A stretch of DNA of 64,000 bases, taken from Bigelowiella natans CCMP2755. Lineage: Eukaryota > Protista > Cercozoa. A program made the translations under genes and the position numbers. Positions within the stretch are counted from its first letter, which is position 1. Every line of letters begins with the position of its first letter. The stretch lies in the NCBI GenBank assembly GCA_000320545.1, contig ADNK01001434.1, positions 62,001 to 126,000 of the forward strand, read 5' to 3'. The notes under the pieces were generated by a model. That model saw nothing but the letters and a program-made list of their open reading frames with translations, was not told the DNA's origin and made no database searches. Of the stretch, positions 52,428 through 64,000 are shown in pieces.

Positions 52428-54918
52428 GTGGTCGACATGCACTCCTCCTTCGTGGTGCCCTCCATGTAGTGAATTTACTGCCCCCATTTGCTTGTTAAGC
52501 ATAGATTCGTTATCATTTCTTATCTGGAGTCGCTGCCAAAAAAGATACCTTTATTCCGTAATCATTGAATTAGGTCTGCCCGACAACGGGCTCACCGTCA
52601 TCTGCTAGCCCAAACACCTTTACCCCAAGCACTTCCGCGCCAATAACCACAACACCAGTTACTGTGGTCCCCTCTGCAAGTCCCTCAACTTCTCCATCCG
52701 CCACTCCATCAACGTCCTCTCCATTAACGCTACACCCTGTGTCATCGCATCCCCTCACTGCGAACCCGACAATTGCTCCTAGCTCGCTCAGCCCTTCCAC
52801 AAATGGTCCCGTAACTTGCGTTCCAATAACGAAGGCACCCAGCTCACTCACTCCGTCGACAAGTAGCCCCGGGACTCACGCTCCAACGACGTCGGCACCT
52901 AGCTCACTCAGCCCCTCCACGAGGAATCCTACGACCGATGCACCGACAACCTTAGCGCCTGTGACCGAAGCACCGACGCGGAGTCCTCTTACGGCGGTTC
53001 CAAGCTCATCGCCAACTACGACCTGCCCAAGCCAGGGTGTCGTTCCTTCCTTCGATCCAGAGGTCTGGATGTACACTCGAGATGATGATAGAAAATCGGG
53101 GCTCGGCGACAGAAATATGTGGAAGGGGGGGGGGGGAGGAGAGGGGGGCATTGACTTATGTTTGCTCTGCTAATCAAGTGCATTTGTGTTTCGCAACAAG
53201 TCTTGAGTACTCTGCTTCATCCACTTGAGAAGTCCTCCCCTTAATTCCCCATTCACTTTTATTTTCCCTTGGTCCTTCCCGCCCTTCAGGTCTCTGCTCC
53301 TGTAATCCCGTGGGCCTCGACTGCAACCTTCGATAGTGCTCTGACGATTGTGAACGTGATTTTTACGGCTGCGACAAATGAACCCGAATGCACATCGCTA
53401 CTTACTACGGAGTTGATCAGAAAACTTGGCAAAGAATACAAGTGCCTGTGGGTGCGCTCGACGCAGCTAGACCTGATCACGGGCACAAATCCCACGATAC
53501 TTCCGGAGGAAATCTTACACATCAGGGCTGGAGTGCTGGGCGATCCAACGTTTAGAGCTGTGGCAACTGCTCATCATGTATCGGTGTCAGCGCCCAAAAA
53601 TCCTCTTCCTGTCTCCCTTTCGCTCACCGGCCCCACTCTAATTGGAAGGTGTGTGCTGGCGGTGTAGCAGTATAGGAAGGTGGTGGTAGAGGATGGCCAT
53701 GGTGGTGATGGTGGTGGTGATGGTGGTGGTGATGGTAGTGAAGCGGTGAGTGTTGTAGGTTATTCATGTTTCAATGTTAACTGTGCAATCATTTGACTTG
53801 ACTTGCTTTCTGTCCTGTTGGTGCTATCATCGTCGTGATTCCGGTGGGGTTAAACATCACAGATGCGACCCTGTTATGCTTCGCACAACCGTGACTGGTG
53901 CTGGTGGCCGAGCTGTAACACATTCTTGGACGTACGAAGGGGACAATAGTGCGCAGGATACTGCCGCCATGAACGCCGTGCTCAAGCGAGGATCTACAAG
54001 CTCCGTGATGAGCTTTGTAAGCGGAAACTTCACAGACGGAACACATACCTTCCGCTTGAATGTCAGCAATTTCATCGGAGTTTCTGGAAACGCTGTCCTG
54101 ATCTTTGTTAAGAATTCCGAGGTCGAGCCACCCAAAGTTGCCCTTTCTGCAGGTGGGCTAGGAATCTTTGTGCATGCACGCGCTGTCAAATATACTGAAC
54201 ACAGAGTTGCTTCTCATCGCCATTCTGACTCCTCTCACTTTCAGGGTCCCTGATCGAAGCTTCCACAGACTCACAAGTGGTCCTGCGCAGTCAAACAGAG
54301 CCACCGCTCGAGTGCGCAGGTTTTGTCGGCTCGACGAGATTCTATGTCACTCGTGCAGTTTGGACACCAATCACGAGCCAAACTGTAAATGTAAATGGCG
54401 AGACCATAAAACTAGCAGCCCACAGGGCTGCGACAGTGTCGAAGGTGTGGAGTGGAAACTCGATGCTGCTGAATTCTGGTGATCTATCACCCAATGAGCT
54501 GCCTTATGGATTCCAGCTGCACGTCACCACACTTGATTTTAGGTACGACTTGTCATCACACTTAGCATCAATCTGCTTGCCGTTCGTTGTTTTCACGATA
54601 TGCTCTCTCGGTCAGATCGACTATCCCGCGTTTGGTGGGAGAGACAAAGCTTACGCAGCTGGTCAAGATGTACCCGGGCACTATTAGCACTCAGCTCTCC
54701 GGCGGCGCTTCGAGGCAGATCCCGGTGACATCCAGTGTATCACGCTCATTCATCATCACTGCATCGCCCAAATATGACCCAGCAGATGCATCGCATGCTT
54801 TGGCGTTTGCCTGGACTCTAACTGATGCCGTCTCCGGAGTGCCAGTAGTTATCCCGACCTCAGACATCCTGGGGAATCAGCTCACCCTGAGCACCGATCT
54901 CCTCGTTGCGAACAAGGT

Positions 54919-54959
<41 letters not shown>

Positions 54960-54967
54960 TCAGAGAG

Positions 54968-55013
<46 letters not shown>

Positions 55014-55498
55014 AAGAGAAGTGAGAGAAGTGAGAAGTGACTGTTGATGGAAAGAAAGAACAGTGAAACTTCCACTCTAGCGACGTCAGTAACCACCACT
55101 GTTGGCAAAATAACAATTTGAAAAGGTTTACTCTCTGACCGTTACCGCAACTGGAGTCAAAGGCCTCAACAACACTGCACGCACCGCCACAGACCAGCAA
55201 TTTATCTACACTCTCGCTCGCGACATCCCCATTGTAGATGCCACGGTAGAGAATGGAGTCGTAGGCAGCAGCGGCGCACTGAAATTCAATCGTGAGGATA
55301 AACTCAAGCTAAAGATGTCGGCTACCGTTTCCGGTAGTGCACCGATAACGTACAGCTGGAGCTGCGAGACAGGAGGGTTTGATCTCGGTAACGCCCAGTA
55401 AAAAAGCTATGTTTTGCTTCATAATGAATGTCGTGAATGTCGCGTACATGTGTGCGAATAGAATTGGGATATTCTCCTCCCCCCTCCCCCCCCGCCCC

Positions 55499-55545
<47 letters not shown>

Positions 55546-55554
55546 CCTCCCCCG

Positions 55555-55590
<36 letters not shown>

Positions 55591-57463
55591 GTGTACTTGT
55601 TTTATGCGTACCAATATTTACATGTGTGTTGTATCACCATCATCATCGCCGTCAAGTAATCGACCTTGTTGTCATCGACAATATCATGTGCAGGTAACCG
55701 AGACAACCGCCGTACAGGCCTTAACGAAACGAGGCTTGTGATCGCGGCGGGCGTGTTGCAAGCAGGCGTGGTGTATCAATTTCGAGCATCGGCCACAGCG
55801 TACGGCATAACAGGAGCCTCAATTGTGCAAGTGCAGATGAACTTTCCACCAGCCTCAGGATCCTGCCAGGTCTGTATGCTTTCTTCCTGTATTCACCACC
55901 ACCACCACCATCACCACCACAACAGCAACAACAATAACGAGTCAATAATGGCGGTGGCAGCGGCGTCGGCGGCTGCGGCTACGACGACGACAAACACCAA
56001 CATATTTGCACGGAACTCTCTCTTTCCTCGCCCGTAATGGCTTCTACCCTCCCGTCACACTAACAATTATCAACTTTTGACAGGCGTCGCCGAGCGTCGG
56101 GCAGGCATTACTGACAGAATTCCTGCTGTCGTGCACGGGCTGGGAAGATGAGGACATGCCACTCAAGTACAAGTATCAGAGCGAGCAGGCAGGCAGCTTC
56201 GTCGATCTGTGCGACTCACGCTACCTCGAGAGTTATTCGACGATGTTGCCTGCGGGCGAGACAGGAAACCTCACCATACGCGCCCTCGTCGTGGACAATC
56301 TTGGAGCAACGGTGCAGAATTTCATGCAGGTTAGAGAGACAGAGAGTTTATTCGACTTCATCTTCCACAAACACGCATGCTTCTATGATCGACTACAAAT
56401 TGACCATACTGAACTCTCAGGTGCGACTTGAAGTACGCAAGGTGGTAGTGGAAGACAGTATTGGCGAGATCGAGAAAAGGGCGAGGCAGGGCGATACAGA
56501 GTCCGTCACCGTGCTTATCTCGGGAACCACTGCGCTTCTCAACGCGAATGCCTCGCTTCTCACATCAAATACATCATCCCATTCAACCGATAGTGGAGAA
56601 GGGGAAGGCGGTGGAAATTCCGGCGATAGCAGTAATGGTGCCGTCAATGCTTTGGTCCAAAAGACACGTACAAGCCTACTCTCTACAATCAACACGCTAG
56701 TGCTTGCCGGCGGGGAGAGCGATGATAAGTTCACGGCAGTTGAGGCGCCAGCCAGCCTCATTGAAGCGGTGACGACAGTGTCACATCCTGATGAGCTGAC
56801 AAGCGAGTCGCGAATACTTGCTGTCGAAATGATTGCGAGTATGACCTCCAGCCCGCTTAACTCTTTCTCTGAGAGCACGGTGAAGTCTACAGTTGGAGCG
56901 ATTGCCAACGTTATAAAGAGCTCCCAGGAAAGCTCGTCGTCCTCTGAAGCGGGTAGTCCTTGAATTAGCGTAGCTGGTGCACGCGCACGCACACGCACAC
57001 AGAGAGATAGAAGTAGGCAAAGCAACATACTAGCATATACACTAAACCACAAAGTCGAAAATAGGATTGTATACACCCAATATACGCGCCACACACGCGC
57101 GCACAACAAACGTTGTCATCATAATATTTCGTCCTTCCTCCCCTCCTCTCCCCCTTCCTCTTTCGTAGAGAAACAATCGCTAGGTCAGACCCTGGAACCG
57201 ACGCTGGCGCTACTGGGATCAGGAATGCTCAAGAGCGCCTCAGAAGGAGAAGATCCCGTCGAGCTTGTGGTGGAGGGCATAAATATTGTCTCTCAAGTTG
57301 TTAGTGCTGATGAAGTCCAGGGAAAGAGCTACTCGACTTCGTTCGGCTCGGAAGTTGTGATGCCACAGTCGCTCGATCTCGGCCTCACAAGCAGTGTTGA
57401 AGTATCTATAACGACACTTAAACAGCAGATTTACCCATCCTACAGGTAGTATCTGTCCGTTTG

Positions 57464-57503
<40 letters not shown>

Positions 57504-59772
57504 CTGAACATTGGAATCAAATCCTGAATGATCATCCTTTGCCTGCCGTCATCACTGTTGTTTTCTAGTCACGTGTCGGACAGCTTATACGAGGCGCAAA
57601 CCATGGTGGTGAACCTCGCTGTTGGTGGCGTTACAATCGAGAATAACACCGCGAGTAGTGGTTCGGCCTACGTGCTCAAGATCCCTCTCAACACGTCAGG
57701 AATGACGAGTACCACTTTGGATAGTCTACAGTGTCGCTTTTGGGATCCTCAAATCTACAATTGGTCGACAAACGGCATTACTAGCTCCTCAGCTGAGATC
57801 GGTGGTGAAGAAGGAGACTTCCTTGTGTGTGAGAGCTCCCATCTCACTTGCTTCTCGTCTGCCATCGAGTTTAAGATTGCGGTAGAAAAGCAACAATATC
57901 AGCACACTAGCAACAATTGATGAATGAATTAGTCGACGTGGTGGTGGTAATACGTGGTAGCAAGTAATTTCATGGTGCTACTGTCTTGTGGTCTGTGTTT
58001 GCTGAATGCAATGGTCGTCATCACTTGTAGCCCTCAGATCAGGTGTTCGCTCCCTTTCCCCCCCATTTTTCTGCCCCTCCCTTCCAAAATAGGTTAACAC
58101 AATCAATGAAGAAGACATTCTGCTCGACGCCTTCTCGTTCAAAAACCCTGTATTTACTTGGTGCATTGTGATTATTGGCCTATGGGGACTAGTACTGCTC
58201 ATCGGCGGGCAGTACGACCGCTGCAACGCTCAAAAATTGTCCCAAGAGGAGTTCTGGCGAAAGAACAATGGCATCTTCCACCTTCGCTTCAGGCCTCGGT
58301 CGGTACACTCTTTCTACAAGCGCACCTCCTGGGCCATGAGGCACAAGCACCCTTGGGCTGCGGTGCTGATGCACCACGGCGGAGACTTCATGAACACGGT
58401 CAAGAGGAGTACGATTCTTACCGTGCTCATTTTCAACACGATGACAGTGGTCATGCTGCTGCGCGGGCAGCGGCAGCAGCTTCCCTTCCTGACTTCGGAT
58501 TTTGCGACCACGTTGGTTGCCATAATGTTCTCCCTCCCAGTGCCAATGATCGTATTCCGAATCTATCTAAGGCCCATTCCTAAGAAGCTACAGATAGAAA
58601 GCAATAGAATCGAGCAAACCAACACAGGCTGCATGGGCCAGGTGCTGAACATCTTCATGGCACTGCTGCTGGAAGAGGTAGCGATACAGGAAGATGAGGG
58701 CGATGACAATGATGAGGAGAAAAAGAAGGATCGGCAGACACAGGCAGCTGTAGCAGCCTCTTCGCTCTTTTCAGGGGCTTCAGCTATGAAGGGCACGAAA
58801 TCCTCCACAGCTCGTATCTCAACATTACTCAAATCACAACTTAAATTGGATGTTGATGTTGACACGTCACTGCCGCCGTGGCTGCGCGAGATCAAGGCGA
58901 AAGAAGAGCACAAACTACAAGATTCCCAACAGAACTTGACATCTTCAGCGTGCCATTTGATGGCAATCTCTTCCGAGTCAGGAGGAGCACCAGCATCAGG
59001 CCAGAGGGATCTCCAGGCTAGCACGTTAAATATCGATGTTAATGTCAACTGTAATGGCAGTAATGGTCACCGCGAGCGAAATGATACCTGTGCTTCCGTC
59101 GAGTCTACGAGAAGTGAGAGGCGTAGGGGCGCGGTGCTGCGCAGTTCGCGGGTCGCATCTGACGTCTCTTCAGTGATCCAGATATCCAAATGCATCAACC
59201 CTGAGGCTTTAGTTAACGCTAAAGCGTTCAAAAAGAAGGGGGATGAAGAGGAATTTAAGGAGATGAAGGAAACCAAGCAATCCAAGCGGCGCGGGTATCG
59301 GTCAAGCATGGTCTCCACAGCCAGCGACGCTCCCCGGCCAATGGGCTTTTACCGCAATAGCATTGATCCACATGTCCCTATGATAGAGGAAACAGCGGAC
59401 AACGGTAAGTAAGAAGGGAGCAGAGAGATCTATTCAGTGTGGACCCAAGAGATAATATCTTTGGTTGTGTTGAGTAGAACGTTGGGATATATCTTTGTTC
59501 TCATCCTATCGAACTATATCTTTGTTCTTTTCCATGTTCAACAGGATGCTGCGGAGATCCCCTCTACCCAGTTGGACACCCGAAGCTAAAAAACTGGGGA
59601 TACTCGTACAATGACGTTGTAGGTCTGATTGGTTCTGCGGTGTTCATTATCGGTTGTTTCTTCCTCATGTGCGTGCTCTCCTGGCGATTTCGTGGTGTAA
59701 ATGATGGCTGGACACTCTTAACCTTTCTCACTTTCATCGAGGATGTCGCAGTGCGGGTTAGTACTTCACAAT

Positions 59773-59840
<68 letters not shown>

Positions 59841-62058
59841 CGTAATAGTATTTTACAAAGAAGATATGTGATGAAAATGAAAAGGTGCAACCTGCCAAAC
59901 AGTTAGGCTTTCCTATTTATGACAGAGAGGAAAGAGAAAGGGGGAGGAGAGAAGTTCTTTGTGGAAATGAGGGAGAAAAAGCAACCCATAGAAAGTAGAC
60001 CTTTATTTTTCTGTTATGCGAAGGTCGTGCTGGTGGCCATACTTGAGGCACTATTCTTCTTGCCCCTTAATCCTGCCTCTTGCGGTCGTGAATTTCTGGA
60101 ATTACGGCGTGAGCTGGCGGAAGCAACCAACGTACAGGAGCGTGACTTCTACCTCACTAAGGAGGATGGTATCGAAATTGATCCGTCTCGTAAGATATCC
60201 GCTTTCAATAACGGCTCCACAGCAGCAGAACTTGGCGTCAAGATTGGCCTGGATGTAGACGCTGTGAACGGTGTCATAGCTGCATCTGGCAAGCATGCCC
60301 GCACGATGATCCGACAGGCGCTGAAGGAGGGTGAGGGGAGCGAAAACAGTGGATACTGGCTTACGCTTTTTTTCCAAATCTCCGAGAGCCAGGCGAAAGA
60401 GCTGGTCGAGTTTGAGCTGGACGTGGAAGAAGATGGTTTTGAGGTCAATGAACAGCTGCGCATCACTGAAGTGGTAAAGGGCACCAAAGCTGAATTGCTT
60501 GGAGTTCAATGTGGATGGCGCATCATCTATATCAATGATAAACGTGTCCGCAACTTGGAGGACGCTGTCAACGCCTTCCACATTGCGCATAGAATTGATC
60601 TCTCCTACACAATTCGCTTCCGCACCGACGTTCAGAAAGTAAACGGACCTCAATATGGTACTGTTTTATCGGAGGGGAAAGGCGGGGAGGTGTTGCAAAC
60701 GGTACAAGGCCACATTACTGGTAAACAACATTCTAGCAAGATGCTCGCGGACCGCGTCAAGAGTACGAGAAATCTTTATAAGGACATCAATCAGCCTAAG
60801 TAAAGACTCACAATCTGTAACATGAAGGGGTGCCATTGTTTTGAAATTAAATATTATATAAATATATATATTTATGTATACATTATGTGTATGTATATAT
60901 AATTCCTTCGTTTGCTTCGATTGGTGCATGGCAACCTTACCCTTATCTTTTGCCTCTTTATTCTACTTCTTTAGGTACGTAATGGCGCGTAGCCTTCGGA
61001 AGCAGATGTCTAAGATGGCGCTGCTGGATACCCATAAGAAACGGTCGCATGAGATCTCTACACGGAAGCTTCGGAAGGCGAGTACATCAATTTCTTCCCT
61101 TGGATCTTCACAGCAGCAGCGGCAATCGGAGAAATCCATAGAGATGGCGGATATTACGAGTTTTCCTTCCTGTTTCTCACCTACCAACAGCAACAACGAA
61201 TTGATCATGCTCAGCCCGCGGCGTGACATTCTGGAAAGCCCAGAGTCCATAATTCTCGAAGACAACACCATGCATAGTCCCAAGTCTTTCATCTTTGAAG
61301 AAAGGAATGAAAAAGGAAAGAGGGCGGGGGGACAGCAAGGTGGCTTGAACACTAGAGAGAAGAAAGCGGGAGAAAAAGCAAACTTAGAAGATGCTGAAGG
61401 GAGGAATGAAAAAATGAAGCAGAGTAAAAAGAATGGGGATCAGGTTAGTAAATTGGGAATGAAAAAGCGGGGGGTTAGAGGGAGTCGACGCAAGGAGAAA
61501 TCTACATCGTCAACCAGGCGTCGCCGAAAGGCGAAGCTATCATCGGCTTCCACTAAGCTGCCTTCATCATCGTCGTCAAATGTGACTAGCAATATGGAAG
61601 CAGCAGGAGAAGGAGGAGCTATGGAATTCAAGCGCGCTGGAGGGCATAGATCAAACAAAAAGAAAACAGCATCCGCAAAACGAATTCGTTTCACTGACGA
61701 CGATGTTCGAGGAGCATCGGCTGTTGCCAAGCCGTTGGCGATCATTACTACTAGCCATGAGGGCCACCTAGACACAAACGAAAGTGCACTGCAAGCTGAA
61801 AATGCTCGCGATTCCCAAACTGAATCAGACAGCAGCGAACGTAAGATTGAAGTTCAACCACAGCAACGACGGCGCAAGAGGCGGGAGCAGCAACAATCTT
61901 CACCATCTAATTTCATCACTTCAGCGATCCCTGACACCTCACTTGCATCGTCTTCGTGCAGCAAAAAGAAAAGCAATGTGCCCCGAAGTGGGAAGGATGT
62001 TTCTGAAAGCTTCAAGAACGTCACTAGGGATTTTGACCACATCTCCATTGCTCTTTGA
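50663..62058 (+). CDS. Polycystin-1/REJ-like receptor: signal peptide, His-rich and Pro/Thr/Ser repeats, REJ, GAIN/GPS, ~5 TM, two PDZ-like domains, low-complexity tail
   Basis: REJ: [16 protein letters not shown]...[10 protein letters not shown]|[25 protein letters not shown]: CRFWD...WSTNG...[12 protein letters not shown]1-like HPWAAVL...TVKR. PDZ-like: [16 protein letters not shown] and [26 protein letters not shown]. Confidence 0.88.
50920..51140 (+). repeat. Coding 15-bp tandem repeat encoding (H-S/G-H-N/S-P)n, about 14-15 units
   Basis: [20 protein letters not shown]... in ORF 50663..51148. Confidence 0.95.
51430..51650 (+). repeat. Coding 24/48-bp tandem repeat encoding [16 protein letters not shown]
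   Basis: Near-identical CCGGCACCGACT units alternating TKYP and TPFP. Confidence 0.95.
51649..52064 (+). repeat. Two apparently identical 207-bp (69-aa) tandem copies
   Basis: GACCCCAAATCCAACG at 51651 and 51858; the peptide [12 protein letters not shown]...SSVSP is repeated verbatim. Confidence 0.93.
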
Positions 62059-63016
62059 AGATGATCATTCGCTCTCTCAATGCCCAAACACGCCTCACAT
62101 TTCCAGTTTCTTCATCTGTTCCTGTTTCAATTCGGGCTTCAATTTCACTTTTTCAGCATTGCATTGTCTAGCTGTGATGCAAGTGATGCAATTGTCAACC
62201 TAGCAATTTGAATTGCTTCCACATTCGTGAAGATCACAAGTTTGACAGTGTTGCATGTCAGGCTAGCAGGCAAAAACTGTTTGCGCCTTTGAAGTGAGTG
62301 ACACCCGAACCCAATGCGTTCGTCATCCTTGTTGCGGCGATGACGAACTCATGCGGATGTGCTCGATTTCTTCCCATGCTGGCATGCCAGCATGACTGCC
62401 AGCTCTGAATTGCAGCAACGCTTTGTGTGCATGCCAGCTAGCCAGGTAGCCAGATCACATGCTAGCATGGCAGCTGAAAGGTTCAAGATTCAAAGTTCAA
62501 GATTTCAATGTTCGCGTGCTGTGCCAACAAGCGCTCGGTGCGCGCAGCGGGCACGCAATGCGACATGGCATGCATGATTTCGCTGCCCTCATCAGCCCAT
62601 CCACTTGCATTGGCGTGCAAGCGCGCATTTCTTGTTTTCACGGAAGAATCGCCAGAAAAGGGCGGAGCAGAAGATGGGACGGAAAACGAGCCGCATCTCT
62701 TGTCGTTGGTGGAAAATCGGCTATGATGGCAGAGTCTACACCAGCTACCAGCTCCTGTTCCTCCCCTTTCTGGTTGGTCATTGATTTTTGGATGATGGCA
62801 TGACCTCTTCGGGTTGACGGAGTCTTTCATCCCTCACTGTTGAAGCAGTCTTGTTTTGAGATGTGATGATTGTGATGATGACAAAAACGGAATGTCTGCA
62901 ACATTGTTCATTGCTCGTCGTTGTCAACTTTTCAACCTGAACTTCTGCTAGGGGTTTGATGAGGATCGTGTAAAATAAAAAACATTAGAAACAAACAGCA
63001 ACGAAGAGAATGTTTC

Positions 63017-63035
63017 GTTACCCCTTCCTGAAGAG
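63017..63035 (+). repeat. 19-bp direct repeat, copy 2 (GTTACCCCTTCCTGAAGAG)
   Basis: Identical to 50622-50640. Confidence 0.85.
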
Positions 63036-63302
63036 AATTATCAATGGATGAGAAGGGTGATGCCTTCTTCATGGAAGGATCAACAAATTCGCGTTTTTCA
63101 TTAGCTCAAGCAGAAAATCGAGTTGACACTCATGAAGTGTAAATAAGGGGAACAAAATCGAACTACCTGTTCTTATTTTTCAATGTACATTTGTTCATTT
63201 GCTACATAATGGTACTGTGTGGGATAAGGATGATTTCCTACTGCGCAATGTGTCGTTGCAGTCGTTGCTTTCATTTCATACATCAGAATCTGCTTGCCAA
63301 CA

Positions 63303-64000
63303 ATGTCCAAAAATCAACCTGCGTCGCCGAAAGCAATGAGCTTTTGGAAATCTCTTGAGAAGAAGGCACGAAACGAAGCTAAAGGTATGTCTTTCGTGTA
63401 AAAATTGGAATTTACTAATTTTCTGCCTCAGGACGTACCAGTGGCTCGAAACCTCGGTCCCGCAAGGGCACAAGATCAAGGGGGAACTTGAAAGTTGATA
63501 CAAATTTGAATGATAAAAATAAATCACAATCGATATCAGAGGAAACGTCAGATCCCAACATAGAAACGAGCTCAATTGGGTCTGGATCGCCTGGTCCATA
63601 TGACCAACTAAACCGAAGAGATTTTGTAACTACGCCGGGGGAAATTACGTCTGCTGAAGGGAAATTGTCTCAACAAATGAAAGTCGGGAAAGAGCAAAAA
63701 CCTTTGGCTCCCGACGGTTGAAGAAAATGAAGATTATTTAACCATGAAATGTTTATTTCAATTTATTTCTCATGTACTGATCAGGCATTGACAAAGACGT
63801 TCAGGAACTGATTCATTCTATGCTGAACGAACAGTATGAGAGTGCACAGACGCGGCTTGAAGATAAAGAATATCTGCAAAAGTTCTACATCCTTCTATAC
63901 ATTTTTTTAATTTAAGATGTTATATTCTAATTTTTCACAATAAGAGTGGCAATGGCAAATGCAAAGGCATCAATTGGAGATTTAACTGGGGTTGATGAGT
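63303..64000 (+). CDS. 5' part of an unknown multi-exon protein, running off the window
   Basis: MSKNQPASPKAMSFWKSLEKKARNEAK|GRTSG... joins ORF 63488..63721 and then |GIDKDVQELIHSMLNEQY across short AT-rich GT-AG introns. Confidence 0.55.

Overview
Gene-dense, intron-rich eukaryotic nuclear DNA. Most introns contain microsatellites, so the ORF track fragments the real genes; the gene models below were spliced by hand. Bipartite (signal + transit-like) leaders and TPAP-type repeats fit an alga with a secondary plastid, possibly a chlorarachniophyte (inference). In order the window holds: 3' part of an APH-like kinase (+), TMEM70/186/223-family protein (-), a gamma-glutamylcyclotransferase (GGCT)-NB-ARC-TPR NLR-like protein (+), PP2A B56 subunit (-), a divergent septin with hydrophobic termini (+), EamA/SLC35G transporter (-), F-box/SPRY protein (+), Ser/Thr kinase with KA1-like tail (-), U2 snRNA (+), an F-box-kinesin fusion (+), TLC-domain protein (-), EF-hand membrane protein with bipartite leader (+), a polycystin-1-like REJ/GPS/5TM/PDZ receptor (+), and the start of an unknown gene. 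The most notable items are the membrane-anchored NLR-like protein with a GGCT enzymatic effector, the F-box-kinesin fusion (visible only after splicing), the possibly organelle-targeted septin, and the channel-less PKD1-like receptor, which is bracketed by an exact 19-bp direct repeat. No CRISPR, rRNA or tRNA was seen. Novelty could not be checked against databases.
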